Of a DNA stretch of 64,000 bases, positions 27,315-40,559 are shown piece after piece. The notes below the pieces were generated by a model. That model was not told where the DNA came from. It was given only the letters and a program-made list of their open reading frames with translations, and did not search any database. The translations under genes were made by a program, and so were the position numbers. Every line of letters starts with the position of its first letter. The first letter of the stretch is position 1. Source of the DNA: Nageia nagi (lineage: Eukaryota > Plantae > Pinophyta); assembly GCA_050084985.1 (NCBI GenBank), contig JBITNC010000002.1:15128001-15192000 (forward strand). Reading direction: 5' to 3'.

Positions 27315-28500
27315 TGTGACGTCCCCATTGTTGTAATTAATTGTGAGGTCCGATAGGTTCCTCTTGTAATATATTTTATTAATGTATTGTACCTTCATGT
27401 TTGTAACTTAGGATAGGAGACTTAATGGGTCAAGGGACCCCACTATGAGCCCCAAGTGGGACATCTCCCTCCTAAGCTTAGATTAGGTGTTCTTATTGTA
27501 CTTGGAGATCCTGATACATGATTGTAGGAATCCCAAGGTCTATTTAGCATCTAGTGGATGAATGAGCACTTAATGGCTCCAATGTTGAGACTAGGAGCAT
27601 TTGTAAACCTGCACCAACCTTGGGGAGAATTCTAGACCCCCACGTTGGCCCTTGAGACCCATGTTGCCCCCCTAAGTGCCCACGCATGCATACCTAGGTC
27701 CACATGGAGCATTAGGGAGGCCCAAATACCCACGTTGGGACTGGATTGACTTCTAGGTGCCAACGTTGGTGCATGAGGGGATTGGATGATGACATTGACG
27801 TGTAATTTGGATTTGGAAAGGCTATATTAACCCTTGGAGCCTCATTACTAGATATATTTAATTATTATTACTCTTCATATCGTCCAAAGGACAACAAGTC
27901 TTAGAGGTGCTAAAGCCATCTCCCTAGGTGCAGCATCTAGGAGGGCATTCAGGCTGAGGGATCTTGATTGTCTATGACATTGGCGCAGCACCCTTGCCCA
28001 CTCGATGGTATTCCAAGGTATTGCTTCTACCTTCAGTAGTTATCTAGGGTTTGATGGGGGCTCCTTCGAAGGAGAGGATTCAGATTATGAGGGAGCGTAC
28101 TGTCCCATGGTTCCGATATTGTTCCAAAAGTGAGAGACTTGAAGATTGTGCCCTAGTTGGCTCCTTGGAGGCCAACATCAACCCTCCTAGGCTTGGTATT
28201 GTATTGTTGAGCATTATACATCTTATATACAATCGTTGGGCTTTTGGATCTCATATTATATTGTTATTGTGTTCAAGTATGCAATTTTGTGGTGTGTTTG
28301 CCTCCTCATGCTTGTGTAAGCTAGACGTTGGCATCTTGGTGTTGTGCATGTGTATTATTGATGCCCTAGCTTAGACATTGGCATACTTGCATTATAATTA
28401 CTTGAAGTGGATCCCCTAACCCTAATGTTGCTATCTTGAGGGTTTGAATGCTTGTGTTTGATGCCCTAGGCCTGACGTCAAGGTGATTGTAATCTAAGTT
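27315..28500 (+). mobile_element. LTR of the same family as 4683-5954, opposite orientation; right boundary uncertain
   Basis: Starts TGTGACGTCCCC; colinear with the reverse complement of 4730-5954 (for example GGTGCAGCATCTAGGAGGGCATTCAGG). No unambiguous TSD. Confidence 0.8.
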
Positions 28501-29855
28501 TCTTCATTCATAAACTAGCTCCAAAACTCAATCATCTTGGCATCATGGTGGAGAATATTATTCTTCACACCATTATCTCTTCATTCAAGAATCGAGAGAG
28601 ATTTGTTGGTGATTGGTCCAAGTTCTTTTTTTGCGGAGCTTTCATCTTCCTTGGATTGATCTATGTTGAAGAAAATGCTTTCTTCATGGTTTCTTGGAGG
28701 AGACTTGGTTGCACTTCATTATTCTCAAATTTCATCTACTATTCTTCTTGTTTGGATGGAGACACATTTGTCGATGCTCTTGTGAAGAAGACTTATGTTG
28801 CAGCATTTTCACCCAAGTAAGGAGGGGAACATTGGGCTTAATCCTTGAGGTGGATCTTTTGAGGATATTGCTAATTTTTTGTTGGTGAAGAATGTTCTAC
28901 ACAGCTTGAGGAATATCTTTTTATTTTCATTTCTTTCTTAATCCCTTTCGGATTAAGGGGGGAAATTTTGGAAACCTAATCCTTGGGGATTAAGGTTGGT
29001 TGTAAATATTAATTAAATTGATGAACTTGTTTTCAACCCACTCCTCAAAAAGCTAGTGTTAGTAATCTTTTATGACATTCTGATTTGAAAAAGAACATTA
29101 GTAAGTGCAAGGTTCATGTGAATTAAGCCTTCCAAAAATTGGGAACCCAACAATTATTTGTTCAGAAAAAATATGATTTTAGGGTTTTGAAGGTGGAATA
29201 TGTGGGACACATTGTTTCTCATAAACGTTTTCAAATAAATCCAAGGAATGTCCAAGCCATGCAAGAGTGACATAAAAAGAACAACCTTAGAATTCTACAA
29301 GGATTGTTGGGCCTCCCAGAATTTTAGAGATAGTTTTGTACATTATCAAAGATTGTTGTAAAATCATAGAGCCTCTGACAACATTAGTAGAGCAAAATGC
29401 ATTTGTGGTTTGATGAAGCTACAAAGGCCTTCAATTCACTCAAAAAAACCATCTCTCCAATCCAATATTGGCTACTCCAATTTTTAGCTAATCATTTGTT
29501 ATAGAGTGTAACATTTATGGAAACACATTCAAGTGATCTTGATGCATGAAAAGAATCCCTTACCATTGGAAAGCAAGCAACTTTCAAGAAAGCATCTAGG
29601 AAATTCTACTTATGAATATGGAATGATAGTTATTGTAAATGAAGTCAACAAACAATGACCATAGTTTTCAAGAAAATGTTTCAAGATCACGATTAACCTA
29701 AGCAGCCTAAAGTGATTGGTCAAACAAAGTTTACCATGTCTAGAGCAACATCATTGGGTGCCCACGCAGCATGACTTTGAATATAAGAAAGACAAAGGAG
29801 AATGTATTAGCAAACCATTGTCCAAGCAATATGAAGATACGGCTTCTGTTTAGAT

Positions 29856-30457
29856 TCAAGTTAGAAAAATCAGAACGGAATCCCCGAAAATTGCTGAAAA
29901 TTGGAATCAGCGAGGTAAAGGATTCGAATTGGGTTGGATCCGAATTTTTAGCAAACAAATTTTTTGGGATTTTTTTCGATTTCGATTCCGATTTTTTCAA
30001 CCAAAAAATCGCAATTTTTCAATTTTTTTAAAGTGAGTTGCCCAATTAGTAACATCTTAAAAAATGCGTATCTTATTTTTGGAAACCTTTAATGTTTTTT
30101 TTTTCCTTGACACTTGGACAAATCATCTAATTATGAGACCTTTAATGTTTTTTTAGTATTTTTTGGTCCTTGACAATTGGACAAATTATACTATTATAAC
30201 TATGTCACATTGGAAACCTTTAATGTTTTTTGGCCCTTGACACTTGGACAATCCATATGTAACACAAAACTCTACAATTTCTTTGATATGCAATATTGGA
30301 TATTATACTTTGTTATTCTATATGGAATGTTGTCTATTTGATTTGTTTCAATGTCAAATAGGAGAAATTCCTTCATTTTTTCTCTATGCTGATTTTTCAA
30401 AAAATCCAAATCCTGCAGCAAAACAATTCCGATCCAATTCCGATTTTTCTAACTATG
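29856..30457. mobile_element. Non-autonomous hAT-type element, about 600 bp
   Basis: TIRs CAAGTTAGAAAAATCAGAA / TTCCGATTTTTCTAACTATG; 8-bp TSD GTTTAGAT/GTTCAGAC; subterminal TTCCGA/TTCGAT motifs. Confidence 0.8.
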
Positions 30458-30740
30458 GTTCAGACTCCAGAGTATATCACTGCCCACACCAATCTAGATA
30501 GGAAAAAATAGAAAATAATTGATGAGCTCTCCCAAAAATGCAGCTATCATTCAACAATTGGAATATGATGCAAATGTGTTCCATGCTTCTCGTGGTAGAA
30601 GGAAATATTGAGGTATAGATAGAGTTGAAGTATGCAAGAATTGGAGAATCAAAGAGCAGATTCCTATAAAAAAGCATGATTCACCATCAAAGGATATTCA
30701 AGGTTTTTCAAAATCTATCAAAGGGTAAAGTAATATTTTT

Positions 30741-31100
30741 TCAGTGGGAATAAAGAATGATGTCCAAAATTTTGGAAGGATGGGAGCGCAACAAAAGAGA
30801 AACAATTAAAGCTCAAGGGAAATCGCAACGTCTTTATGGTTGGATCTTTTCCTGAACTTTATTAAGGACCCTCCCAAGTCAGAAAGAAAATCAATCATCT
30901 TCAGACTTAATTGACAGGTTATCAGTGGGAATAAAGAATGATGTCCAAAATTTTGGAAGGATGGGAGCGCAATAAAAGAGAAACAATTAAAGCTCAAGGG
31001 AAATCGCAATGTCTTTATGGTTGGATCTTTTCATGAACTTTATTGAAGACCCTCCCAAGTCAGAAAGAAAATCAATCATCTTCAGACTTAATTGACAGGT
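30741..31100. repeat. 181-bp tandem duplication; a second one of about 140 bp lies at 31226-31490
   Basis: TCAGTGGGAATAAAGAATGATGTCC at 30741 and 30922; ATTCACAAGC.ATTTATCAAGAGAGTT at 31226 and 31366. Confidence 0.93.
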
Positions 31101-32100
31101 CATCAAATGTTTACCATTTATATAAATTACATCCTTTTCAAGAGGAAATGTTCAAGGGTATTCATGCGCCAAATCTTCCATATGCATGGCATGTCAAATA
31201 GAATTGTGATAGCTAGAGACCAAATATTCACAAGCAATTTATCAAGAGAGTTGTTTCAACTCAATTGTACAAAGATAAATATAATTTTTGATAATTACCC
31301 TCTATACAAATGCGCAAATGAAGGTGGTTAATAGGTTCTTCTAAAACACCTAGGATTATGGGACATTCACAAGCGATTTATCAAGAGAGTTTGTACAAAG
31401 ATAAATATAAGGTTTGACTATTACTCTCTAAACAAATGGGCAAATGAAGGTGGTTAATAGGTTCTTCTGACACACATAGGATTATTGGACACCATTAACA
31501 TTACAGTACCCATTCCATTGATACTTTTCCAATAAGCCTCTTGTTTAACAAAGATGTATAATTTTTACTGCAAAATACAAGCTGCTTGGATGGTATAAAA
31601 AGTGGTAGTAGCAAGGGAAAATGAGGTATACATCACTTTCCATCAACTTATCAAACTTTATGCCAATGCTTAGCCTTACTTGTTGCCAAAAGAAAATTAT
31701 ATCACGACCTCCACTGCAATTATTTCTTGCAGTTTCATGATTCAACTAATATTAAAAAATCTCAAACATTCAATGCATACAGCACTATTCCTACGAGTAC
31801 AAAATCAAGAACTCGTGCCCACTCTAAGCATCTAAAAATGATTTTTTCTCAACAATGCTGAGTTTGTCACTGATGGATTCATCCAATTTGGTTTTCAAGA
31901 AATAAATCTCTTAACAAATTACTATTGATTAAATCTCAACTTCAAATCTGCATTATTGACTAAAAATTATGATAGAAAGCACTTACTTTGTGCTTAAGTC
32001 ATAAATTCCATTCTCAGTTATGACAATGAAAAGAGTCTAAATTCATTAATCAAACAAATGAATCTAGATAAGTTAAAAAAACTTGATGGTGAAGAATTAC

Positions 32101-32140
32101 CAAGGCTTTCAAGCATGTGCCTAATATCTGCTCGTGGATC
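32101..32140 (-). CDS. F-box/FIST protein exon 6 (40 nt)
   Basis: ttttttgcAG|GATCCA...CTTG|GTaatt. DPRADIRHMLESL + 1 nt; phase 1 fits exon 7. Confidence 0.87.
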
Positions 32141-32336
32141 CTGCAAAAAAACTTTTTATAACTACAATCTCAAGGACACCAGTACTTCAGTTCTACATAA
32201 ATTTATTATGTGAAGGCAAAGGCTTGCTTAATTATTTATAAACATTTCCTTCTCCTGTGTTGAATCAAGCTAGGCTTTCTCCTTAAGCTAGTGAAAAAAA
32301 AGATTATGGAAAAACAGGGAAACAATTGGAACTTAC

Positions 32337-32429
32337 CGTTAATAACATCACTGCCAATGGATGTGCGTTGTCTGATACTGAATTTGTGTAGTTCAATATA
32401 TTAGTGACAAAAGATTTAAGCTCACCTTC
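32337..32429 (-). CDS. F-box/FIST protein exon 5
   Basis: ttttatgtAG|...|GTaagt. 93 nt, EGELKSFVTNILNYTNSVSDNAHPLAVMLLT, in frame with exon 4. Confidence 0.88.
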
Positions 32430-33028
32430 CTACATAAAAATTTCAAACTTGTAGTAGGATGCAATGTATGCAAATCACCTTATCCAAAGATGCATCTCAA
32501 GCAAAGCAAAATCATAGTACAAGAAAAAAAAAGCATTCCATAAAATCATTGTTCCTCCAAAAGTCCTTTTCAAATGCAGAAATTAAATAAAAAGTGTTAG
32601 TAACTTTTGAAAAGAATAGCACAATAAGCACAAAGAGTTGTAATAAATAAAACTTTTCATTCATATCACTACACACAATCAAGTTTTACCATCTAAGAAT
32701 ACATTTTATTTACCCAAACAATCAAAACATAAGCTTTAAACAAAATCAAATTACTTAAAAACCCAAATCCAGTTAACCTTTTTGCAACGTCAAGATCAAA
32801 GCTCTTCATTTTGTCTATATTTATGAATTGGCCTCAAACTACAATACTATTGAAACTTATGTTGCAGACAGCCAAAAACTATTCTAACTTCCCAAATGGA
32901 AATTTCTTTAACAATTAAAGACCCAAAAATGTCAGAGTTCAATCTGCAATACCTTCATTACCATGAACGACTTATTTATACATGATAAGCCCGATGTGAC
33001 TAACAAACAATCAAAGGGACCTCCAAAC

Positions 33029-36000
33029 CATAGTTGGGTTATTCAGATTCAGGACAAATTTGGCTACGGGGCAAAATGTTAAAATTTGGGGAATATTCAC
33101 AAAAAGTATGGGAAATTAAGGAAAAATTCGCGCAACAAAAAACAGCAAATTCGGAAAAAGGTTGGCAAAAATTTGGAAAAGAAATGGCAAATTCAGGAAA
33201 AAATCGCATTATATTAAAAAACAAAAAAACATGCAAATTTTTTATTTTTTTTCTATATAATATGCTTGTCTAATTGCCATACATCATAAGTCTAATGTCT
33301 CAAACTATCAACATAAGTGCCAAAAGTGCCAACCAGTACAAAAAAATAGTAAATAGGTAAGTCACTAAATACTAAATAGTAAATACTAATAGTGCCAAAT
33401 GCCAACTGAAAAGGCATTAATGTGAAGATCTAATCATCTAGCCCTCTTATTAGTCAGATGACCCTCACTACCAATACCACAATCAAGTGCTCGACTAGTA
33501 CATGTACTAGGAGAGGGTGCTCTACTAGTAGGTCGAGCATAACGAGCCTAAGGTGCCAATCCAAAAGCATTCCCATGTATCCTAGGCCTCAACCTCGCAT
33601 ACGAAAGGGGTTGACTCGGAATATTATCTGCAGACAAAGTCTCAACATTAGGATCAATCTGCTCCAAAGGTTTAACACCAAAGTCCACAGGAGGCAATGG
33701 ATCCTCAAAGTGCACAACATCACCAAGTACATCCTCCTCCTCCTTCTTCTTCTCCTCCTCCTCCTCCACCTCCTACTCCTGGTCCAAGTCCACACCCATG
33801 TCTGACATTCTATCAATATCCTCCTCTAAGTCAATCCATGTTTCTTGAAACTCATGGTTTATTGGGTCCTCTTACTCTTCCTCTACGTCGCATGGAGATG
33901 CATCACTAAATGTAGGATCAATGGTAGACAAGTTTATGGGTTCATGATCACGGTTATCCTTATGCTCCAACTGCTTCACATATAATCGCAAGTTGACATA
34001 AACATACACAATGTCATGTAACCGTTGCGTTGTCATCCTATTAACATTAAACAAATTTCGCCATAGTGAGAATTTAGAAATGAGAACTAAGAAGTAAGAA
34101 GTTAGTACTAGGAAGTGTCCATTGAATCTTTAAAACTGAAATGAATCAAATTGCTAACATGTTGCAGTTCTTGGAGTGAATTTTTTGAAAGGCACTCCAA
34201 TTGCACTTGCATCCTTAAGCACTCCATGTTTGACTGAGGATGCGGATGGCTAGTCTTTGCATATCGGGTGTCTCACCTCCAAAATGCGTCCACCACATTT
34301 TTAAAATACAAATCACGTAAAATATTAAAATTTAAAATTAATAAAAGCTTAATTCTAAATGTATAAACTTATAAAGTTATCAAATATCAACTATAGTCTA
34401 TGAAAAGTTAAAAACATTATGAAACGAACAATTTGAACTTTTCACACCAAAAGAAAGCAAAAACCATGACTCTTTAGAAGCACTATAACCAAAGAAGCCT
34501 AATGAATTCTTGTATTTCTCAAGGTCCATCAAGACTCAGGCACGAATGATGGGATCAGTCATCATAGTGGATATGCATTTTGTTGCCCCCATGTTAGCCT
34601 CATGATTAGTAATGTAATTGGAACCTAGTGCAAATAGTAAATGAGGGTTCAAGATGGTCCCTACTCCATGAATATCGCAAAGGGAGCATGTTGTGCCATA
34701 CTGCATCAATGAGATCCCAAAAGACGATGTACTTGTCACCGTACTCATTATCCTCATATGGGTGCTCCTCGCAATATCTCTTAACGACCTCCTTAGCCCT
34801 ATCCATACCCTCATACAAGTAACCTATAGTAGGCCTATCTCCATCTACTAAGCAAAGGACTCATACAATTGGTGCAGTGATTGCACAAATCTCTTTGAGC
34901 CTATTCCAAAATAACAACCTTCCTATCAAAGAAGCCATCGCCATGCCCTCAGGCCTCTTGCTCATAGGGGAAGCACTCCAGTCTCTAAATATAAACATAG
35001 CCCCAAGCTCATGCATGCACCTCTGCAATGACTGAAGAGATTAAATGTGAGGCAAATCGTGTGACTCCTTGGCGTGCCAACTCCTTCTTGTTGGTGAATC
35101 CCCTCATCATGCTAAGTATGGTGGAATGATGATAGATGAACTTGGTGATTGACCTTGCTGCTTCATTCACCTTCTTCACCCAATCCAATTTCCCTATGTC
35201 CTCCAAAAGAAGATCAATGCAATGGCAAGCACATGGAGTCCAGACTAAGGAGGGAAAGCTTTCCATAAGCTTCATTCCCGCTAAAACATAGTTAGCAACA
35301 TTGTATGTGACCAATTGGACAACATGCTCCACCCCCACCTCTTGCACAAATTGATCTAATAGGTCACGTAGAAAAATGTGATCCTTTGGTTGTGCAGATG
35401 CATCAATAGATTTCATGAATATTGTGCCCTGTTTGGAATACACCAAAAAATTAATAAGGTTCTACCCTTTTTAGCTGTCCACTCATCAAATAGTATAGTG
35501 CAACCTATTCTCTTCCAAGACTCTCTAATGTCAGCCAATCTAAAAAGTTACAAAACAACTAAATTTTAAATTCCAACTAAAAAACTACAAAGAAAAAAAA
35601 TTAAAATTACAAGTAAAAAAATATTTTAAAAAATATAATAATAAAATTTCAATATACCTATCTATGCACTCCTACTTGAGATCCCATATAAGAGGCCCTT
35701 TCATTTTTGCAAGAGTGGGTGTCTTGTACCAAGGCCCAACCGCACAAGCTGCATCGAATGCTAGTTGCCAAAAGAGGTTATTGGTTATGGTGATTGCATA
35801 TCCTTCATAGTAAATCAATTTGGCAATCATCAAGTCTACATGTTTCTTCTCATTCTTCTTTAAAATACTGGTAATAGATGGTTGGGCTCTAGAAGTTGTC
35901 TGTGGCTCAAACTAAGAGGAGATTCCAATCCCACTGGAACTAGGTCGAGTTACGCTTCCACTTGCAACACTTGTTAAAGAGCTTCCAAATCCTACTCCTA

Positions 36001-36874
36001 GCTTTGCTTGAAATGCTTGCTTCCTACTCCTTTTCTCTCCAACAAATTCCAAGACTCTTGCTACCTCTAAGGCAAGATCTAGAGATGAATTTGGGCAAAG
36101 ATCAACATATTTCTTTGGAAGCTTAGAAATATGAGCTTTAAACCTTGTAATACCTCCAACAAACTCCTTACCACAAAGGTTGCATCTGTTTTTTGTTTAA
36201 TTGCCTAGAACACCATCCAATGGTGTAATATACTGCCAGAATTTGTCCAACATCCTTGGCATTTTGAAAATGAGAAAAATCTAGAACACAATAAGAATCT
36301 TCTCCAACAATGGACAAAATCACAAATGATCACGGTGGATGGACAAATGCAACATCCAAATCAGAAAATCAACCTCTTTGCTTGCACAAAACCCTCCTCC
36401 AGCTTCACAATATCTTTTTCCCAAACCTGCACAACACAAGATGAAAAATGATAACCTGAATTTGCCTTTTTCCCTCTTGTCTTCGCATTGGATTTGCAAG
36501 TCCACAAATTCGAGGCAAATAGCACAAATATTTCCTGAATATGCAGGATAAATCCGCCTGATTTCCATTTTTTTGAAAAAAATTGGTCATTTCACTTAAC
36601 AAAAGCCCCCCACAACTTTGTGCAAATTCGACGACTTTTTGCCGACTTTTACCCCAAATTTTCGCCAAATTTGGCGAATTCCACGAATCCGACATGTCAC
36701 AACATTTCCAACAACTAAATGGCGAATTTGCGGATTTTTTGGGCTTTTTTTGAGATAAATCCAGCAAGTTAAATTCGGCTTCAAATTCGGCGAATTTGCC
36801 GACTCTTTGGGAAAATTTTGAGAGCATGAAAATTCGCCAAATATTCTGAAAATTCGGCGAATAAACCAACTATG
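33029..36874 (-). mobile_element. hAT DNA transposon, full length but decayed (3846 bp)
   Basis: TIRs CATAGTTGGGTTATTC / GAATAAACCAACTATG; 8-bp TSD CTCCAAAC/CCCTAAAC; dense subterminal AATTCG(G/C) motifs; transposase inside. Confidence 0.93.
33548..36262 (-). pseudogene. hAT transposase pseudogene (BED finger, DUF659-type core, dimerisation domain, acidic tail)
   Basis: MPRMLDKFWQY...CNLCGKEFVGGITRFKAH (BED); FMKSIDAS...VVQLVT...WTPCACHCIDLLLEDIG; TRFA; YEGMDRAKE; LAIRILSQT; VYVYVNLRL. Several stops and frameshifts; AT-rich introns near 35540-35657 and 34280-34440. Confidence 0.9.
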
Positions 36875-37084
36875 CCCTAAACTAACCAACTACACTACAT
36901 CATATTATGTAATATTCCTAACACCTCCCCTTATTACATCATTCATCAAACAAGGATAAATGCACTAGTAAATTGATGAACACATTCAATAGTTCATCCA
37001 AACACAAGGTACAAATATTGACTTAAACATCTATTTGTGATAAAGCAATAGTGGGATTTGCCTCACTATGCTTCTTGATTTAAC

Positions 37085-37450
37085 TATGGATAGGGACACA
37101 CTCAGCCATCCACAATTCTTTATTCCACCTGAATAGGAACACACTCAGCCATCCACAATTCTATTCCAACTAGATAGGGACATACATGCTATCCAAAACA
37201 TTAAACTTGTGAACAGGGATATACACTACTATTCACATACTTGTGATTGAGGATACACAACCAATCACAAATAATTGGATAGAGACACACACTATCCAAC
37301 ATTAAAGTTGTAAACAAGGACACACACAAATGTTTACAACATATGATTGGGGGCATACATAACAAATCATCTTCAACAACTATGATAGGGAACAAACACA
37401 ACCAATCACATCTATCCACTTGTGAATGGGGACAAACACAACCACTCGCA
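37085..37450. repeat. Degenerate tandem array, about 40-45-bp unit (GGGACACAC...CCA)
   Basis: About 8-9 recurrences of GG(G/A)(C/T)ACAC/ACAACCAATCAC. Confidence 0.65.
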
Positions 37451-38039
37451 CTAAGTGATGTATGGACTTTCACATAACCATACAACTCTTTCAGCTTGTT
37501 TTTTGACCATGAGAGTATTTATATAAGGTAATCTTCTAATCTTAACGAAATGCATGGATGACCAATCGCTACAACCGCCAAGTGTAATAGAATAGATCAC
37601 TATTTATGAGGTTCACTTTGTTGATTGTAGGTCAAGTCTTCATTTTCTCGAATGGCCTATGACAACTCAAAGCATCTTCTTTATCAAGTGCACATTGACT
37701 ATCAAAAAAGAATATATCCTTTCCTCCCTTAATGTGAATTGCTCCTGTACAATTATGGGAGTGTTGGGTACCACTAAGCATGCACTCCAAAATCATCAAT
37801 TATACACTACAGTATTTTTATTTTTAATATCATTTCAAGTACCTTAAAATTTAATATTCAAATCTTAGTTCGGTTTAACTATTTTATTTTTAAAATTTAA
37901 GCTTCAAGAATGTAAAAGAAACACATATAAAACCCTTCCACCTAGGATATTACTAAGTGTTGGACCTATTGAGCTCCATTAGAAACCCCTTCACTTATAT
38001 CTTTGAAAATCTATAGATAATCCCTCAAAACTTCGTGCT

Positions 38040-38560
38040 CAACCTTTTCAAGCCCTCTAGTGAAGAAATACCATGTTGCCAAGGTACATAGGTTGTGGGA
38101 ATTGAGGAGCAACACATGTTTTCTCATTGATTTGGTCATAGAATTCACATGAGCAATATGCCCTTCCACAACGGCAATGTAGCTATGTAAGATGTCACCT
38201 TTTCTCCTTAAAAGTTAGATTGTCTCATCTGCGAAGCCGATCAATGACTTTCTAATATTCATCAGCATATTTATATCAAACAATGAAAAATTAGTTCTCT
38301 TATCTCTTGGAATAAATATGTTGATGACTTCTTTGTATCAATTAAACAGAGAAAAGAAATTATTGCATTGGTATGAAAAAGAATATTCAAAATAATGAAT
38401 AAAAATGTACCCTTCACATTTGCAAATCCAAATCTCCCAAAGTGTGATATCTTTGATTGCTCCATGTCATAATCAGCATCGCCATGGATGTTGTTGCCCG
38501 TTCTCATGTCATTTTCCACGTCATCAATGCAAGGATCCTAGAGGAATGACTTTATATTAG
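38040..38560 (-). pseudogene. Probable Tat/Ogre-type RNase H / integrase linker relic
   Basis: Degenerate IPR...N..GDA, KKSSTYL and EGHIAH segments on the minus strand; weak. Confidence 0.4.
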
Positions 38561-38993
38561 AAATTCACATAACCCATCATTAAGAGTATATCAAGCTTCT
38601 TTTTTCACATCGTAGGGAAGAATGTTCAAAGAGATTATCACAACCCAAACCCACTATGGATTCCCTTGTCATTTTTATGGTGATGCTATGATGTATGAGA
38701 TTAAATACTTGCGTTTTTGATTAAATAATATGCAATGTGATATGCATTTGTTTATGTTATATGAATATTCAATGTAGGAACAATGAAAATTGATCATGTC
38801 TTATTATAATACAAGGTATTGTTGAGGCACTTTGTTGTGGTGTGCAAGTACAGGTGTATGAAGATGGGATGCTCAGGGATGGATTGGATATGATGGACTA
38901 ACAGTGATTCTAAGATCGAGTTTGATCTAACTGAACACCCAAACAGCTCAGGTAAGATGATTGCATATAGTTGCATGAGGCGAGGATCCACAA

Positions 38994-40501
38994 TGTAGCC
39001 TCCTAGGGTGTTTGGATGTATGTCATTGCCTGGTGTGTTTTCTTAAATTAATAGAGGAATGAATTTATTTCTATAAGTATTATATTAATATTATGATGTT
39101 TGCCTAAACATTAATTGGGAAATTTAATACGTCAAGGGACCCCTAACAATTAATTTTAGATGGGTAGGATGATACTAAAACTTCTTACTACACAAAATAG
39201 GATTTAAATGTTTAAATGAGGCATTAAGCTATAAATTTAATTTAGATCTCTTGATACCTTCACATGTGGAAATAAATATATTATAATATAAGAATACGGT
39301 TTCTCCTAAAATAACTAATTATGAGTAGATAATTAGTTGAAAAAAAAATTAAATAATTATAAGTAAATAATTAGTTGAAAAAAAAACTAATTATAAGTAG
39401 ATGATTATTTGAAAAAGAAAATAATTAATTGAGTAAATAATTAGTAACTATGAGTAGATATTAGCTAAGGAAAATACTAATTATGGGTACGTAATTGATT
39501 ATACTCCAAAATCATTCACGTGTATCCTAGTTTAAGCAAATAACTAAAATTGAACTAAGATTGTCTTTTAGTTATTAAATTATAAATTAAATGATTAAAT
39601 ATGCTTGCACTAGAGTGAACAATACAAGTAGGGTCAAGGGAGTGATTATGGGCAATCAAGGTGAATTAGCATCCTAGCTTAGGAATTAACGACGAGTTGT
39701 CACCTTAGCCTAGGATTTAACAACTAGTCTCCTGGACATGTGTAATTTTAGAAGAGAAATTAATTAATTTAATTTCTCCCCTAATTTTGGAAACCCTAAG
39801 CTTTGGAAATGTTATAAATAGAAGGGTTTGGGTATGATTTAGGGATATGGGATTTCAAGAAGGAACCATTATCGAAATAACAAGGCTCGAATCTTCTTCA
39901 ATTGCAAGATTTGTGAGGTAGGGTCTAACCCCGTTTGTCTCAAATAGAAATAATGCCATGTAATTCCTATTTTTGTTTTAGATTTTAATGGAAAACAATT
40001 AAAAAAATTCAAATAAAAATAATTTATTTTTTCTTAGTAAGTTTAATTTAATATACGTAAATATTTGTAAAGTATTTTCCTTTGTATTTATTTTGTTTAA
40101 AATTGGAATTAGACAAATAAGTAAATTAGATAAGATTTAATTTAAATTCCTATTTATAATCACATATATTTGTAAAAGGAAACAGAATAATAAGGTGAAA
40201 ATCATATTTAAATAAGTTTATTTATGGTTTTTATTGAATTTATTTTTAAATCCAAAAGTTTTCTTTGGAAAATGCCAATATGGTTAAAAGTTTTCTTTGG
40301 AAAATGCCAATATGGTGGTACTTTGTTTTTAAAAAAGGACCACGTGGGTTTTAAAACCCCAACCTGTAATTCGAACTGTGGATTCTTGATCGAGCTTTTG
40401 TATACCTCTCCCGTTTTAGAGTTTGATTCTTATTGTTTGGTTTCTTTTGTCTTTATGCTATTTCCCTTATGCTTTTTAGATTCGACCCATTAGGGGCTAC
40501 A
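38994..40501 (+). mobile_element. Probable LTR, about 1.5 kb
   Basis: TGTAGCCTCCTA...TAGGGGCTACA inverted termini; TATAAATAG near 39813; internal AT-rich repeats. No TSD. Confidence 0.65.
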
Positions 40502-40559
40502 CTAGCTTCTGAAGCATGATTGTATCCACTAAGTCCCATTGACCACTTTTGGTCATCCA

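Larger units (their letters stand above)
29153..31490 (+). pseudogene. Ty3/gypsy pol relic (RT, RNase H, integrase) interrupted by a hAT derivative and local duplications
   Basis: KVEYVGHIVS...VQAMQE at 29190-29270; HGMSNRIVIARDQIFTSNLSRELFQL at 31185-31262 (integrase core). Confidence 0.75.

Noticed and set aside
27309-29161. A single 1.84-kb solo LTR bounded by ATTATTTGT repeats
   Set aside because: TSD register is off by one base, similarity to the sister LTRs stops near 28500, and the right-hand copy reads as RT codons (QLFV).
33458-33909. Poly-L, poly-P and poly-R ORFs
   Set aside because: Alternative frames of the CTC/CTT tract that encodes the acidic tail of the hAT transposase.
36320-36889. 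Overlapping ORFs up to 154 aa
   Set aside because: They lie in the hAT subterminal repeats and 5' region; no protein motifs.
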